A DNA stretch of 64,000 nt from an uncultured Pirellulales bacterium (GTDB taxonomy: Bacteria; Planctomycetota; Phycisphaerae; Sedimentisphaerales; SM23-30). The stretch lies in NCBI GenBank assembly GCA_964580995.1, contig CAZOMV010000003.1, positions 13,073 to 77,072 on the forward strand. Direction: 5' to 3'. Below the pieces are notes generated by a model. It had not been told where the DNA came from. It did no database searches and was given only the letters and a program-made list of their open reading frames with translations. Made by a program: the position numbers and the translations under genes. Shown piece after piece: positions 1-8,353 of the stretch. Every line of letters starts with the position of its first letter. Position 1 is the first letter of the stretch.

Positions 1-1
1 G

Positions 2-1726
2 TCCTTTGGTGTTTCGCTAATCGGGCGCTGGTTGGAGAAGCTTGGATATCGAGTGGCGATTCTGGCGCAGCCGGATTGGCGCAGCGCTGATTCATTTCGC
101 AGTCTGGGTCCGCCTCGTTTGTTTTGGGGAATTACTTCGGGTGCTGTTGATTCCCGGCTGAACGATTATATCTCCATTGGGCACCGCCGCCGGCAGGATA
201 TTTATAGTCCCGGTGGGGTGCTGGGACTGCGGCCTGACCGGCCCCTGTTGGTTTATGCCGCACGTGCACGGGAAGCCTATAAAGGGATCCCGATTATTTT
301 GGGGGGTCTGGAAGCAAGTCTGCGCCGGCTGGTTCACTATGATTATATTGAAGACCAGCTCAAGCGCTCTGTCCTGATCGATGCCAAGGCGGATCTGCTG
401 GTCCACGGTATGGGGGAAAAGGCTGTGGCGGAGATTGCCCGGCGGCTGGCAGTAGGGGAAAAAATCGAAGATCTGACGAATATCCCTGGTACCGCATATC
501 CGCTTACGCAAGGCAGAACCGCTCCTGCCCCGGCGATTCGACTTCCCAGTTTGGAAGAACAACAACAGGAACCCGGCCTGGTTATGGAAGCACACCGGTA
601 CTATCAGCAGCAGGCCCACCCGGTGGGTAAAGCGGTTATCCAGGAACAAAATCCCGGTACGATTGCCGTCCTGCCCCCCGCCCCCGTTTTAACGGAGGCA
701 GAGCTGGATGCCCTGTACGATCTGCCGTTTACGCGGCAAGGGCACCCGAAATACGATTCGACCGGTGGTATTCCCGCTTTGGAGTCAGTTACCTTTTCCC
801 TTACCACGCACCGGGGCTGTTTTGGCGGCTGTTCGTTCTGCTCTATTTATTTTCATCAGGGAAAACAAATCAGCTCCCGGTCTATCACATCCCTGTTATC
901 GGAAGCGGACCGCTGCCGGAGCCATCCGGATTTCCGCGGCACCCTCAGCGATATCGGCGGGCCAACCGCCAATATGTACGGCATGAACTGTTCCCAAAGC
1001 GACTCCTGCCCGCGCAGCAGTTGTCTTTTTCCCGAACCCTGCAAAAATTTGAATAGGGATTATGGCCCTCTCCTGAAAATGATGGAAACCATACTCGCCT
1101 GGAAAAAAAATAAAGGCACACATGTATTCGTCGCCTCCGGTGTCCGCCACGACCTGGCGCTACACAGCCCGGAGTATATCAAATTACTGGCCGGCCATTT
1201 TGTCGGCGGCCATCTCAAGGTGGCTCCCGAACATATCGACGCAGACGTTCTCCAGTGGATGGGAAAACCTTCTTTTGCACTTTTCGAGCAGTTCGAGCAG
1301 CAGTTTCAGGCCGCTTCCCGACAGGCCGGCAAAGAACAATATCTGGTACCCTATTTTATCAGCGGCCACCCCGGCTGCGCCATGGAACAGGCCTTACACC
1401 TTTGCGAATATCTGGTAGAGCGGCGCTGGCGGGTCCGACAGGTCCAGGATTTTACCCCTTCGCCCCTGACGCTCTCCACCGCCATGTATGTTTCGGGGCA
1501 GGATCCGCAAGGCCGAAAAATATATGTCCCCAAAGGCCGGAAGGAAAAAAAGCTGCAAATGGCTCTGCTGCAATATCATGAACCAAACAGCCAAAAAATA
1601 GCATTCCCCTTCCTGGAATCGCTGGGACACAGCGATTTACTGAAAAAAATCATCCAATTACAGCCCAAAATCCCATCGGCCAAGAAACGGCAATCCCCCG
1701 TGAAACGCCCGGTTCAAAAAAAATAG
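2..1726 (+). CDS. ygiQ: YgiQ-family (UPF0313) radical SAM protein, 5' end cut by the window edge
   Basis: The frame is open from nt 2 with no start codon in the window. [26 protein letters not shown] matches the conserved N-terminal region of E. coli YgiQ as I recall it. Radical-SAM CxxxCxxC sits in [13 protein letters not shown]. Conserved blocks: [41 protein letters not shown]. Confidence 0.85.
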   Translation, partial: SFGVSLIGRWLEKLGYRVAILAQPDWRSADSFRSLGPPRLFWGITSGAVDSRLNDYISIGHRRRQDIYSPGGVLGLRPDRPLLVYAARAREAYKGIPIILGGLEASLRRLVHYDYIEDQLKRSVLIDAKADLLVHGMGEKAVAEIARRLAVGEKIEDLTNIPGTAYPLTQGRTAPAPAIRLPSLEEQQQEPGLVMEAHRYYQQQAHPVGKAVIQEQNPGTIAVLPPAPVLTEAELDALYDLPFTRQGHPKYDSTGGIPALESVTFSLTTHRGCFGGCSFCSIYFHQGKQISSRSITSLLSEADRCRSHPDFRGTLSDIGGPTANMYGMNCSQSDSCPRSSCLFPEPCKNLNRDYGPLLKMMETILAWKKNKGTHVFVASGVRHDLALHSPEYIKLLAGHFVGGHLKVAPEHIDADVLQWMGKPSFALFEQFEQQFQAASRQAGKEQYLVPYFISGHPGCAMEQALHLCEYLVERRWRVRQVQDFTPSPLTLSTAMYVSGQDPQGRKIYVPKGRKEKKLQMALLQYHEPNSQKIAFPFLESLGHSDLLKKIIQLQPKIPSAKKRQSPVKRPVQKK

Positions 1727-1757
1727 CCGGTCGCGGGAGTATCTTCCGGATACGGAT

Positions 1758-1786
1758 TTGCATTTTGTAACCGGTTCGTGTATAAT
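1758..1786 (+). promoter_or_regulatory. Candidate sigma70-type promoter of the sensor kinase gene
   Basis: TTGCAT (1758-1763), 17-nt spacer, TATAAT (1781-1786), 19 nt upstream of the ATG at 1805. Sequence match only. Confidence 0.45.
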
Positions 1787-1804
1787 GTCTCTGGAGTTGT
1801 AAAA

Positions 1805-3814
1805 ATGGCAAAATGGTATCGTTTATCGTTGTCTCTCGCTGCGAAATGTCAGATCGGATTTGCCACGGCGGTCCTCCTGATCATCGCGGTCACTCTGTTT
1901 GTCCCCTATATATGGATGGACAAACTGGTAGAGCAGGGCAAGCAGGAACTGGCCAAAGCCGAATTGCAGCATGTCCTGGAACGTCATTTTCAGCTTCTCC
2001 GGGATACCCGGCCCTCTGCTAAAAATCCCCCGCTCGCCCTGGGTGCCAACGAGCAGGAATCCATTATGCCCGCCCGGTGGGTCCGAACGGGAGCCAATGA
2101 AAATGTACCCCCCACCGAAAAAGACCTGTACGTTCTTGCCCCCCGCGAAATGGATACGGCCTCCATCAAAGACATGGACAGCTCGACACTGCAGCCCCGG
2201 CCGGTAACGCATTGGATTCCTTTGTATCAGGTTTTAAAAAACAGTCCGGCCGAATCCCCGGAAACCACACCCGATCTTTCGGCGGATTCTATCTCTCAGG
2301 ATCCTTTTATTCGCAAAGGAATCCGGAAATTTATCAAACATAAAGAAGATCTGGAAATCTTCGAACTGAAAGAAAAGGTGTCTGGGGAAGCAGGCGGGCT
2401 GGATCCAAACGAAAAACAAGGCTTTTTCAGCGATTTTCTGGTTTTACGTCCCTCGTCCCAACCCAGCCGGTATTTGCGGGCCATCCGCATGGAGAAAAGC
2501 TGCCTGACCGGCGGCTGCCATGCCCCCACGACCGCCGCCGCGGAAGGGGAGGCACCTCCTTCGTTTACCGAGGGGCAACTGGTTGGCGTAATTTCCGTGC
2601 TCCTGCCGGCTGGACAAACCAGCATTACCCTTCTCTTCAACCGGATCTTTATCGTTCTGGCCGGCCTGCTCTCCTGCATCTGTGCGGTGATAACTTTCTA
2701 TCTGATTACCCAGCGATTCATTTTGCATCCCATGCGTGCTCTGCGTGATGCGGCCGAGCAGGTTACCCTTCCGGCTGACGAACCAGCCGATGCCGGCAAG
2801 GATCCCAAAGAATCCTGGCAAAAGGCCATGACCATTACCGAAAACATCAAAACCGGAGATGAATTCGAGCGACTCGCCCAGGCGTTTCACCACATGCTGG
2901 AACGTTTGAAAATCGCACACGATCGCCTGCGGGAAACCAACCGCGCCCTCGATATGCGCCTGGGCGAAGTGGAAGCGAAAAATATCGCTCTTTTCGAATC
3001 CAATAAACTCAAAAGCGAATTCCTGGCCAATGTCTCCCATGAATTGCGCACGCCGCTGAATGCGATTCTGGGTTTTGCCGAAATCATGAAAGAGCAGGCC
3101 CAGCAGCGGGAAGATGCCAAAACGGTACGGTATGCCGCCAATGTTCTGGATTCGGGCAACATGCTCCTGGGAATTATTAATGACTTGCTGGACCTGGCCA
3201 AGATCGAGGCGGGGAAAATGGAAATCCGCTGGTCGATGTGTTCGCTGCCGGATATCCTGGAAGTACTGCTCAATTTCACCCGTCCTCTGCTGGAACAAAA
3301 ACAACTGGCCTTGACACACACTCTGGATCCTTCGATGGGATTGATTGAAACCGATCCGGGCAAACTGCAGCAAATATTATTCAATCTATTAAGCAATGCC
3401 ATCAAATTTACTCCCGAAGGCGGACATATCGAAATTGAGTCTAAAGTAATCACTCCACTGGAACGAATCCGCATCCTGGATTCCGCTGCGGAACCTATTT
3501 CGCCGGCAACGGAATTGTCATCTTCTCAAAAAATGGAAACCGGGATAATTGTCGAGAACCAGGAAATGAAACAGCTCCAGATATCCATAGCGGATACCGG
3601 CCCGGGTATCCCGGAATCTCAGCAGGAAACCATTTTTGAGAAATTCCGCCAACTCGATGCCTCCGTCACCCGTGAACACTCCGGAGTAGGCTTGGGCCTA
3701 GCCATCGTCAAAGACCTTCTGGAAATGCTGGGCGGGACCATAACCGTCCGAAATCGCGCTACCGGCGGGGCGATTTTCACCGTCCAGCTCCCTTTGCAAA
3801 AACATCCCCGTTAA
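1805..3814 (+). CDS. Membrane sensor histidine kinase (extracytoplasmic loop, HAMP-like linker, HisKA, HATPase_c), no adjacent response regulator
   Basis: ATG at 1805 is preceded by GGAG. The GTG at 1778 used by the ORF track lies inside the putative -10 box. Two hydrophobic segments flank a ~230-aa loop. H-box SHELRTPLNAILGF, N-box LLSNAIKFTPEGG, G-boxes DTGPGI and GVGLGLAIV. Confidence 0.9.
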   Translation: MAKWYRLSLSLAAKCQIGFATAVLLIIAVTLFVPYIWMDKLVEQGKQELAKAELQHVLERHFQLLRDTRPSAKNPPLALGANEQESIMPARWVRTGANENVPPTEKDLYVLAPREMDTASIKDMDSSTLQPRPVTHWIPLYQVLKNSPAESPETTPDLSADSISQDPFIRKGIRKFIKHKEDLEIFELKEKVSGEAGGLDPNEKQGFFSDFLVLRPSSQPSRYLRAIRMEKSCLTGGCHAPTTAAAEGEAPPSFTEGQLVGVISVLLPAGQTSITLLFNRIFIVLAGLLSCICAVITFYLITQRFILHPMRALRDAAEQVTLPADEPADAGKDPKESWQKAMTITENIKTGDEFERLAQAFHHMLERLKIAHDRLRETNRALDMRLGEVEAKNIALFESNKLKSEFLANVSHELRTPLNAILGFAEIMKEQAQQREDAKTVRYAANVLDSGNMLLGIINDLLDLAKIEAGKMEIRWSMCSLPDILEVLLNFTRPLLEQKQLALTHTLDPSMGLIETDPGKLQQILFNLLSNAIKFTPEGGHIEIESKVITPLERIRILDSAAEPISPATELSSSQKMETGIIVENQEMKQLQISIADTGPGIPESQQETIFEKFRQLDASVTREHSGVGLGLAIVKDLLEMLGGTITVRNRATGGAIFTVQLPLQKHPR

Positions 3815-4088
3815 AATTCGGTACTACCCCATCATAACCGAGATGCTTTTTCGATACTGATAATGCGGTTTTTACCAATATTGTGAGGTAATACCTAAAA
3901 TTCGGCTTTGGGGAAAGAAAAAAGAAAAAGAAAATAAATCGTAAGTCATTTGATTACAATATAATAGGATTAATCAGCCGGTTTTTTTAGTTTTTTTTCT
4001 TTTCGTTTTTCTTTAAATATATATGCTTATCAGTATCTGGGTTTCATTTGAAAGAATGGTTTGTATTATATATGAAAGGAAAAGAGTT

Positions 4089-4298
4089 ATGAAAAAAGCC
4101 CTGATTGGTGTATGTGTGCTTCTGATGATCGGACTGGTATCTTTCGGCTGCAAAAAGAAAGAAGAGCCCAAACCAAACGTAGGTGCCGCGATAAATAAAG
4201 TTGAAGAGAAAGCGGGAGAAACCGCTGAAGCTGCCAAGGAAGCGGCAGGAGAGGCCGCCAAAGAAGCTGAAAAGACAGCGGAAGAGGCGACCAAGTAA
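4089..4298 (+). CDS. Small lipoprotein with a K/E/A-rich repetitive mature part
   Basis: ATG at 4089 is preceded by GAAAGGAAAAGAG. Signal peptide plus lipobox: MKKALIGVCVLLMIGLVSFG|C. The mature part is low-complexity (EAAKEAAGEAAKEAEKTAEEA). The 22 codons upstream in the track ORF (from 4023) look non-coding. Confidence 0.6.
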   Translation: MKKALIGVCVLLMIGLVSFGCKKKEEPKPNVGAAINKVEEKAGETAEAAKEAAGEAAKEAEKTAEEATK

Positions 4299-4337
4299 AT
4301 CATACGTGCTGTCCCTAAGCGGCGGCACGTAACAGAT

Positions 4338-4378
4338 TGCCCGAATGCGAATGCTTCATCGGCTGGAATACGGTCGTT
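4338..4378. terminator. Hairpin between convergent genes (weak bidirectional terminator candidate)
   Basis: Perfect 11-bp stem CGAATGCTTCA / TGAAGCATTCG (4338-4348 / 4368-4378) with a 19-nt loop. There is no clear U-tract. Confidence 0.3.
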
Positions 4379-4406
4379 GAAGCATTCGGTCTATATATGG
4401 GAAAGA

Positions 4407-4682
4407 TTACTTATAGCCCAGATGATCGGGGCCGGCGTATTTCTGCACGGCCTGTTCCAGGTCCACCTGGTTGATATTGGCCAGGGTGCAGAGCCAGGCG
4501 AAGACATCGCCGAACTCTTCGACCTTGTTTTCCTGGTCGTTTCCCGCCAGAGCGGTGGCCAGTTCGCCCACTTCTTCGATGAACCAGAGAAAAGTGGCCG
4601 GCGTGCCCCGCTCGCGGTCGCGTTTTTCATATTTCTGACTGATTAACTGCTGAAATTCCTTAATGGTCATATCGGCTCCCAA
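4407..4682 (-). CDS. MazG-like nucleotide pyrophosphohydrolase domain protein
   Basis: 91 aa with EEVGE ... EEFGDV (EExxE...ExxD), the metal-binding signature of all-alpha NTP pyrophosphohydrolases. Confidence 0.7.
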   Translation of the reverse strand: MGADMTIKEFQQLISQKYEKRDRERGTPATFLWFIEEVGELATALAGNDQENKVEEFGDVFAWLCTLANINQVDLEQAVQKYAGPDHLGYK

Positions 4683-4709
4683 TGCTTACCATTTTGCCAA
4701 AGGTTTTGG

Positions 4710-5804
4710 CTACAGGTTAGCATTTTTCCGCAGCCGTAGCAAGGCCTGAATAGTTTCTTCCGGGATCAGGCCGTGCCTATCCGGCGGAACATCCAGCAGC
4801 AAGTTCACCCCCCGTTTTTGGCAGGCCTGCAACGTAAACAACAGTTGCTCGTCCGACCGGGGCGGGTCGTTGGGAACCCAAAACCATTCTTTGCCGATGG
4901 TGTCGCAGACTTCGGCGGGAAAATAATACTCTTTCTCCCGTATGGTTCGCCATTTTTGGTAGCCGGTTTCCGGCGGCAGTCCCCTTTCAATGGCCATCAG
5001 ATCCGACGGCCAGGCGTAAGCGACATTGTATTGGGTGCTGTCCGGGGTGCCGCTGTTCATCATGATGACCATATCCGGCTGGAGCTGGGCGAGGTAGTTG
5101 TACAAGAAGGTGCGGTACCCCCAGCCCAGTTCGCCGGGAATATCAACCCACACCTCGGCCAGCGGGCCGTATTGGGTCAGCAGCTCGGTAAGCTGAGCGG
5201 TCATGAAATTCTGGTACAGGCTGGTGGTGTAGGGCGGCATATCTTCCTGCTGGGTAGGGGGAAAGGTTTCCAGGAAGCCGCGTTTGCTGTAAGTACGGGT
5301 CTGGCTGCCGAAGAGGTGATGATTGTCCCAGGTGCAATAATACAAGCCCGGCTTGACCCCGTGTTTTTCACAGGCCTTGACAAAGGCGGCGATGACATCG
5401 GTGGTATTGCCGCTATGGGCCACGGTATAATCCGTATGGGCACTGGGCCAGAGACAATGACCGGCCACATGCTTGGCACATACGACCGCGTATTTCGCCC
5501 CGGCATCCCGGGCTACGGATACCCACTGGTCCACATCCAGCTTATCCGGATTGTAGGTGCCGGCGGGGGCTTTCCCATCCGGAATTTCCTGACCCACATA
5601 GGTACTCATGCCGAAATGAATGAACATGCCGTATTGCAGGGCTTCCCACGCCTGGAGTTTTTCGATGCTCAACCGCTGGGCACCCGGTTTTGCGCCGGCT
5701 TCTGCTGCCGCGGCGGCTGGGGTTGAAGAAACCGAACCGCTTACCGCCGCGGCCACTGCGCCGAATCCGGTTTTTGTCAGAAATCCGCGTCGATTCATAT
5801 TCAT
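4710..5804 (-). CDS. GH29-like alpha-L-fucosidase, Tat signal (paralogue 1)
   Basis: Start chosen at the ATG at 5804, preceded by AAGGAG plus 7 nt. The longer track ORF would overlap the upstream gene. Twin-arginine signal MNMNRRGFLTKTGFGAVAAAV. GH29-type blocks YGMFIHFGMSTY, KHVAGHCLWPS, EVWVDIPG. Confidence 0.7.
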   Translation of the reverse strand: MNMNRRGFLTKTGFGAVAAAVSGSVSSTPAAAAAEAGAKPGAQRLSIEKLQAWEALQYGMFIHFGMSTYVGQEIPDGKAPAGTYNPDKLDVDQWVSVARDAGAKYAVVCAKHVAGHCLWPSAHTDYTVAHSGNTTDVIAAFVKACEKHGVKPGLYYCTWDNHHLFGSQTRTYSKRGFLETFPPTQQEDMPPYTTSLYQNFMTAQLTELLTQYGPLAEVWVDIPGELGWGYRTFLYNYLAQLQPDMVIMMNSGTPDSTQYNVAYAWPSDLMAIERGLPPETGYQKWRTIREKEYYFPAEVCDTIGKEWFWVPNDPPRSDEQLLFTLQACQKRGVNLLLDVPPDRHGLIPEETIQALLRLRKNANL

Positions 5805-5821
5805 GGTGTGACTCCTTTTCA

Positions 5822-6919
5822 TTATAGAGCCGCGTTTTTTCGCAGCCGCAGCAAGGCCTGAACCGTTTCCTCGGGAATCAAGCCGTGTTTGTCCGGCGGA
5901 ACATCCAGCAAACAATTTACCCCTGTTTTTCGACACCCTTGCAAGATATTCACCAAATCCCCATCCGGCCTTGGCTTATCGCCCGGCACAAAAAACCAGT
6001 CTTTGCCGATCGGATCGCAGACTTCGCCGGGGAAATAATATTCCTTGCCTTCAATCGTGCGGTATTTGGGATACCCCACTTCCGGGGGAACGCCCCGCTC
6101 AATGGCCACCAGATCGGAGGGCCAGGCGTAGGAGACATCATACTGGGTCCCATCGCCAAAACCGCTGTTCATCATGATCACGATATCCGGCTGGAGCTGA
6201 GCGATGTGATTATATAAGAAGGTGCGATAGCCGCGACCCAGCACCCCCGGAATATCGACCCACATTTCCAGGATCGGGCCGTATTTGGTGAGCAGCTCGG
6301 TGATCTGGGCCGTCTGGAAGTTCTGGTAGAGGGAAGTGGTATAAGGCGGCAAGTTTTCGATTTGGGTTTTGGGAAAGGAATTCATTTCCTGCCACCCGCC
6401 GCCATCGGAAGGGGTCTTGCTGCCGAAGCGGTTGTGATTGTCCCAGGAACAATAATAGAAGCCCGGTTTGACCTGCCGTTTTTCGCAGGACTTGACGAAG
6501 GCCTCGACCACATCGGTGGTGTTGCCGCTATTGGCGACGGTGTAGTCGGTATGCTGGCTGGGCCAGAGGCAATGTCCCGCCACGTGCTTGGTGGTCAGCA
6601 CGGCGTACTTCATGCCGGCGTCCCGGGCGACGGAGACCCACTGGTCCACATCCAGCTTGTCCGGGGCATAGGTACTGGCCGGCGCCTTGCCATCCGGCAG
6701 TTCATTTTCAACATAGGTACTCATGCCATAATGAATAAACATGCCATACCCCAAAGCCTCCCAGGCTTGCAGTTGTTCCACACTGAGCCGCTGGCTGCCT
6801 TTTTTGGAGTTCCCATTTTCCGCCAAGACCCGGCTGGCGGTGCCGCCGATCAAAGAACCGCCGCTGACAGCAGCGGCGAGGCCGGTTCCCGATACCTTGA
6901 TAAAATTACGACGATTCAT
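5822..6919 (-). CDS. GH29-like alpha-L-fucosidase, Tat signal (paralogue 2)
   Basis: ATG at 6919 is preceded by AGGAG plus 8 nt. Signal MNRRNFIKVSGTGLAAAV. Same blocks as paralogue 1 (YGMFIHYGMSTY, KHVAGHCLWPS, EMWVDIPG). I hand-counted 102/127 identical residues over one aligned stretch. Confidence 0.7.
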   Translation of the reverse strand: MNRRNFIKVSGTGLAAAVSGGSLIGGTASRVLAENGNSKKGSQRLSVEQLQAWEALGYGMFIHYGMSTYVENELPDGKAPASTYAPDKLDVDQWVSVARDAGMKYAVLTTKHVAGHCLWPSQHTDYTVANSGNTTDVVEAFVKSCEKRQVKPGFYYCSWDNHNRFGSKTPSDGGGWQEMNSFPKTQIENLPPYTTSLYQNFQTAQITELLTKYGPILEMWVDIPGVLGRGYRTFLYNHIAQLQPDIVIMMNSGFGDGTQYDVSYAWPSDLVAIERGVPPEVGYPKYRTIEGKEYYFPGEVCDPIGKDWFFVPGDKPRPDGDLVNILQGCRKTGVNCLLDVPPDKHGLIPEETVQALLRLRKNAAL

Positions 6920-6947
6920 TGGTTTTACTCCTGTTCTTACTAACCTT

Positions 6948-7976
6948 TTATTTCGACAGAGTATTGGCCCAGCCGAGGATGCCAACACCAACCAGCAATA
7001 TTGTCAGTCCGATCCCCATGACGATCAATCCTTTTTCCCCCACTCCTTTCCATTCGCCGGAGAGAATCCCCAGGATATTGGCCCAGAAGATCCCGATGGT
7101 ATTGAACACCGCCCAGCCGATGGAGGGGCCTGATTTTTCCCCCAGATTTACCGAGGCCATCGCGAAAATGGCGATTGAACCGGCCCATAATAAACCCATG
7201 ATGAGGGTATAGAGGTAATAGCGCCGGGTTCCTTTAGCCCGGTATAAGTGCCAGGCATGGTTTTTCTTCACCAGCCACAGACAATACGCCAGATTGGTGA
7301 AGAAACCGGCAGACAGGGCGATGGGCCAGATCGAAATGGGCGCCAATGTTTTACTGACTCCTAACAGTTCCGCGGCGGTCTGCAACTGGCTGCCCTTAAT
7401 AAAGGCATAGTTCAGCATCGGGCCGGTGAAGCCGGCCACCAGGCAAATGAGAATTCCCTTCCCCAGCGACTTCTTTTCGACCGGTTTCTCTTTCGCAGCC
7501 GAAGCGGCAGTTACATTCTGTTCCTTGATAATCGCCGACCAGGCATTGACCGCAATCCCGATCATGATTACCAGCACGCCGCCCATAATCGCCAGGCTGC
7601 TCGTTTCCGAGATTCTGTCCCAATTTTCGGTAAATAAGGGCAGCAGGGCGCCAACCACGATAATCAGCCCCATCATCAGCGAATAACCCAGCGCCAGGCC
7701 CAGATAGGCGATGCCGAAGCCGAAGGCGATGGCACTAAATCCCCAGATAAAGCCAAACAAAAATACCCAGCCGATGGCGGCCCAGCCGGCCTGACGGAAA
7801 ACCTCGAACAGATCCGGGATGGCACAAAAGGCGATGACCCAGGGCACCACCAGCAGGGTCCAGACCGTCCACATACTCCAGGTATTTTCCCATTTCCATT
7901 TCGAGGTGAATTTCATGGGAAAACCGAAAGAACCGGTACAGATGCCCGCTACCAGTGCCAGAGCGATACCAAACAT
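6948..7976 (-). CDS. rhaT: RhaT-family 6-deoxyhexose (L-rhamnose)/H+ symporter
   Basis: 342 aa, polytopic. The N-terminal region KFTSKWKWENTWSMWTVWTLLVVPWVIAF resembles E. coli RhaT ([30 protein letters not shown]). Length matches RhaT (~344 aa). Confidence 0.65.
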   Translation of the reverse strand: MFGIALALVAGICTGSFGFPMKFTSKWKWENTWSMWTVWTLLVVPWVIAFCAIPDLFEVFRQAGWAAIGWVFLFGFIWGFSAIAFGFGIAYLGLALGYSLMMGLIIVVGALLPLFTENWDRISETSSLAIMGGVLVIMIGIAVNAWSAIIKEQNVTAASAAKEKPVEKKSLGKGILICLVAGFTGPMLNYAFIKGSQLQTAAELLGVSKTLAPISIWPIALSAGFFTNLAYCLWLVKKNHAWHLYRAKGTRRYYLYTLIMGLLWAGSIAIFAMASVNLGEKSGPSIGWAVFNTIGIFWANILGILSGEWKGVGEKGLIVMGIGLTILLVGVGILGWANTLSK

Positions 7977-8014
7977 AGCCTTACACCTTTCGTGGTTCGG
8001 ATCCTGTATTTATA

Positions 8015-8338
8015 TCAGTCCAGATGGAACCATTCGGCCATATTGGCCCACCATTCCCCCTCGGCGCGGGTGGGCAGCGGTTCCATACACGGTTTGACCT
8101 CGGCCCACCATTTCTGCGTGGTCGGGTCGGCCGCCATTTTCGCCATATCGCCGTCGAAATCCACGCCGACATATTCGAAGTAGGAAAACAGGAAGCCGTC
8201 CTTCTCATAAATCGAATAATTCTGGATATGGCATTGTTGAATCATTTTCAGCACCTCCGGCCAGGGCTGGGCGTGCAATGCCTGGTACTTTTCCGCCCCT
8301 TGCGGTTTCACGCGACAGACCATTCCAAAGCGTTTCAT
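8015..8338 (-). CDS. rhaM: L-rhamnose mutarotase family protein (RhaM-like)
   Basis: ATG at 8338 is preceded by GGAG plus 7 nt. About 107 aa. MKRFGMVCRVKP...YQALHAQPWPEV...HIQNYSIY...WWAEVKPCMEPLP follows the RhaM pattern (YQRRHNPIWPEL...AHNYAIY...WWKYM in E. coli). Confidence 0.8.
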   Translation of the reverse strand: MKRFGMVCRVKPQGAEKYQALHAQPWPEVLKMIQQCHIQNYSIYEKDGFLFSYFEYVGVDFDGDMAKMAADPTTQKWWAEVKPCMEPLPTRAEGEWWANMAEWFHLD

Positions 8339-8353
8339 GATATTCTCCACAAT

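Noticed and set aside
4773-5726. 317-aa plus-strand ORF inside the GH29-like gene. Similar long antisense ORFs occur at 13027..13902, 15141..16040, 18453..19313, 21791..22543, 22754..23500, 37358..38362, 43578..44570 and 45021..45776.
   Set aside because: All lie fully antisense to genes with strong family motifs. Their translations are low-complexity (R/P/Q/H/G-rich) with no recognisable domains or RBS. They are typical shadow ORFs of GC-rich coding DNA.
5805-5936. N-terminal extension of GH29 paralogue 1 in the ORF track. There are similar extensions at 6920..6991, 11392..11514, 17757..17921, 23913..24068 and 46152..46175.
   Set aside because: The extensions overlap the upstream gene or promoter-like DNA and lack coding character. 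Internal ATGs have good AGGAG-type sites and give proper Tat or Sec signals, or canonical family N-termini.
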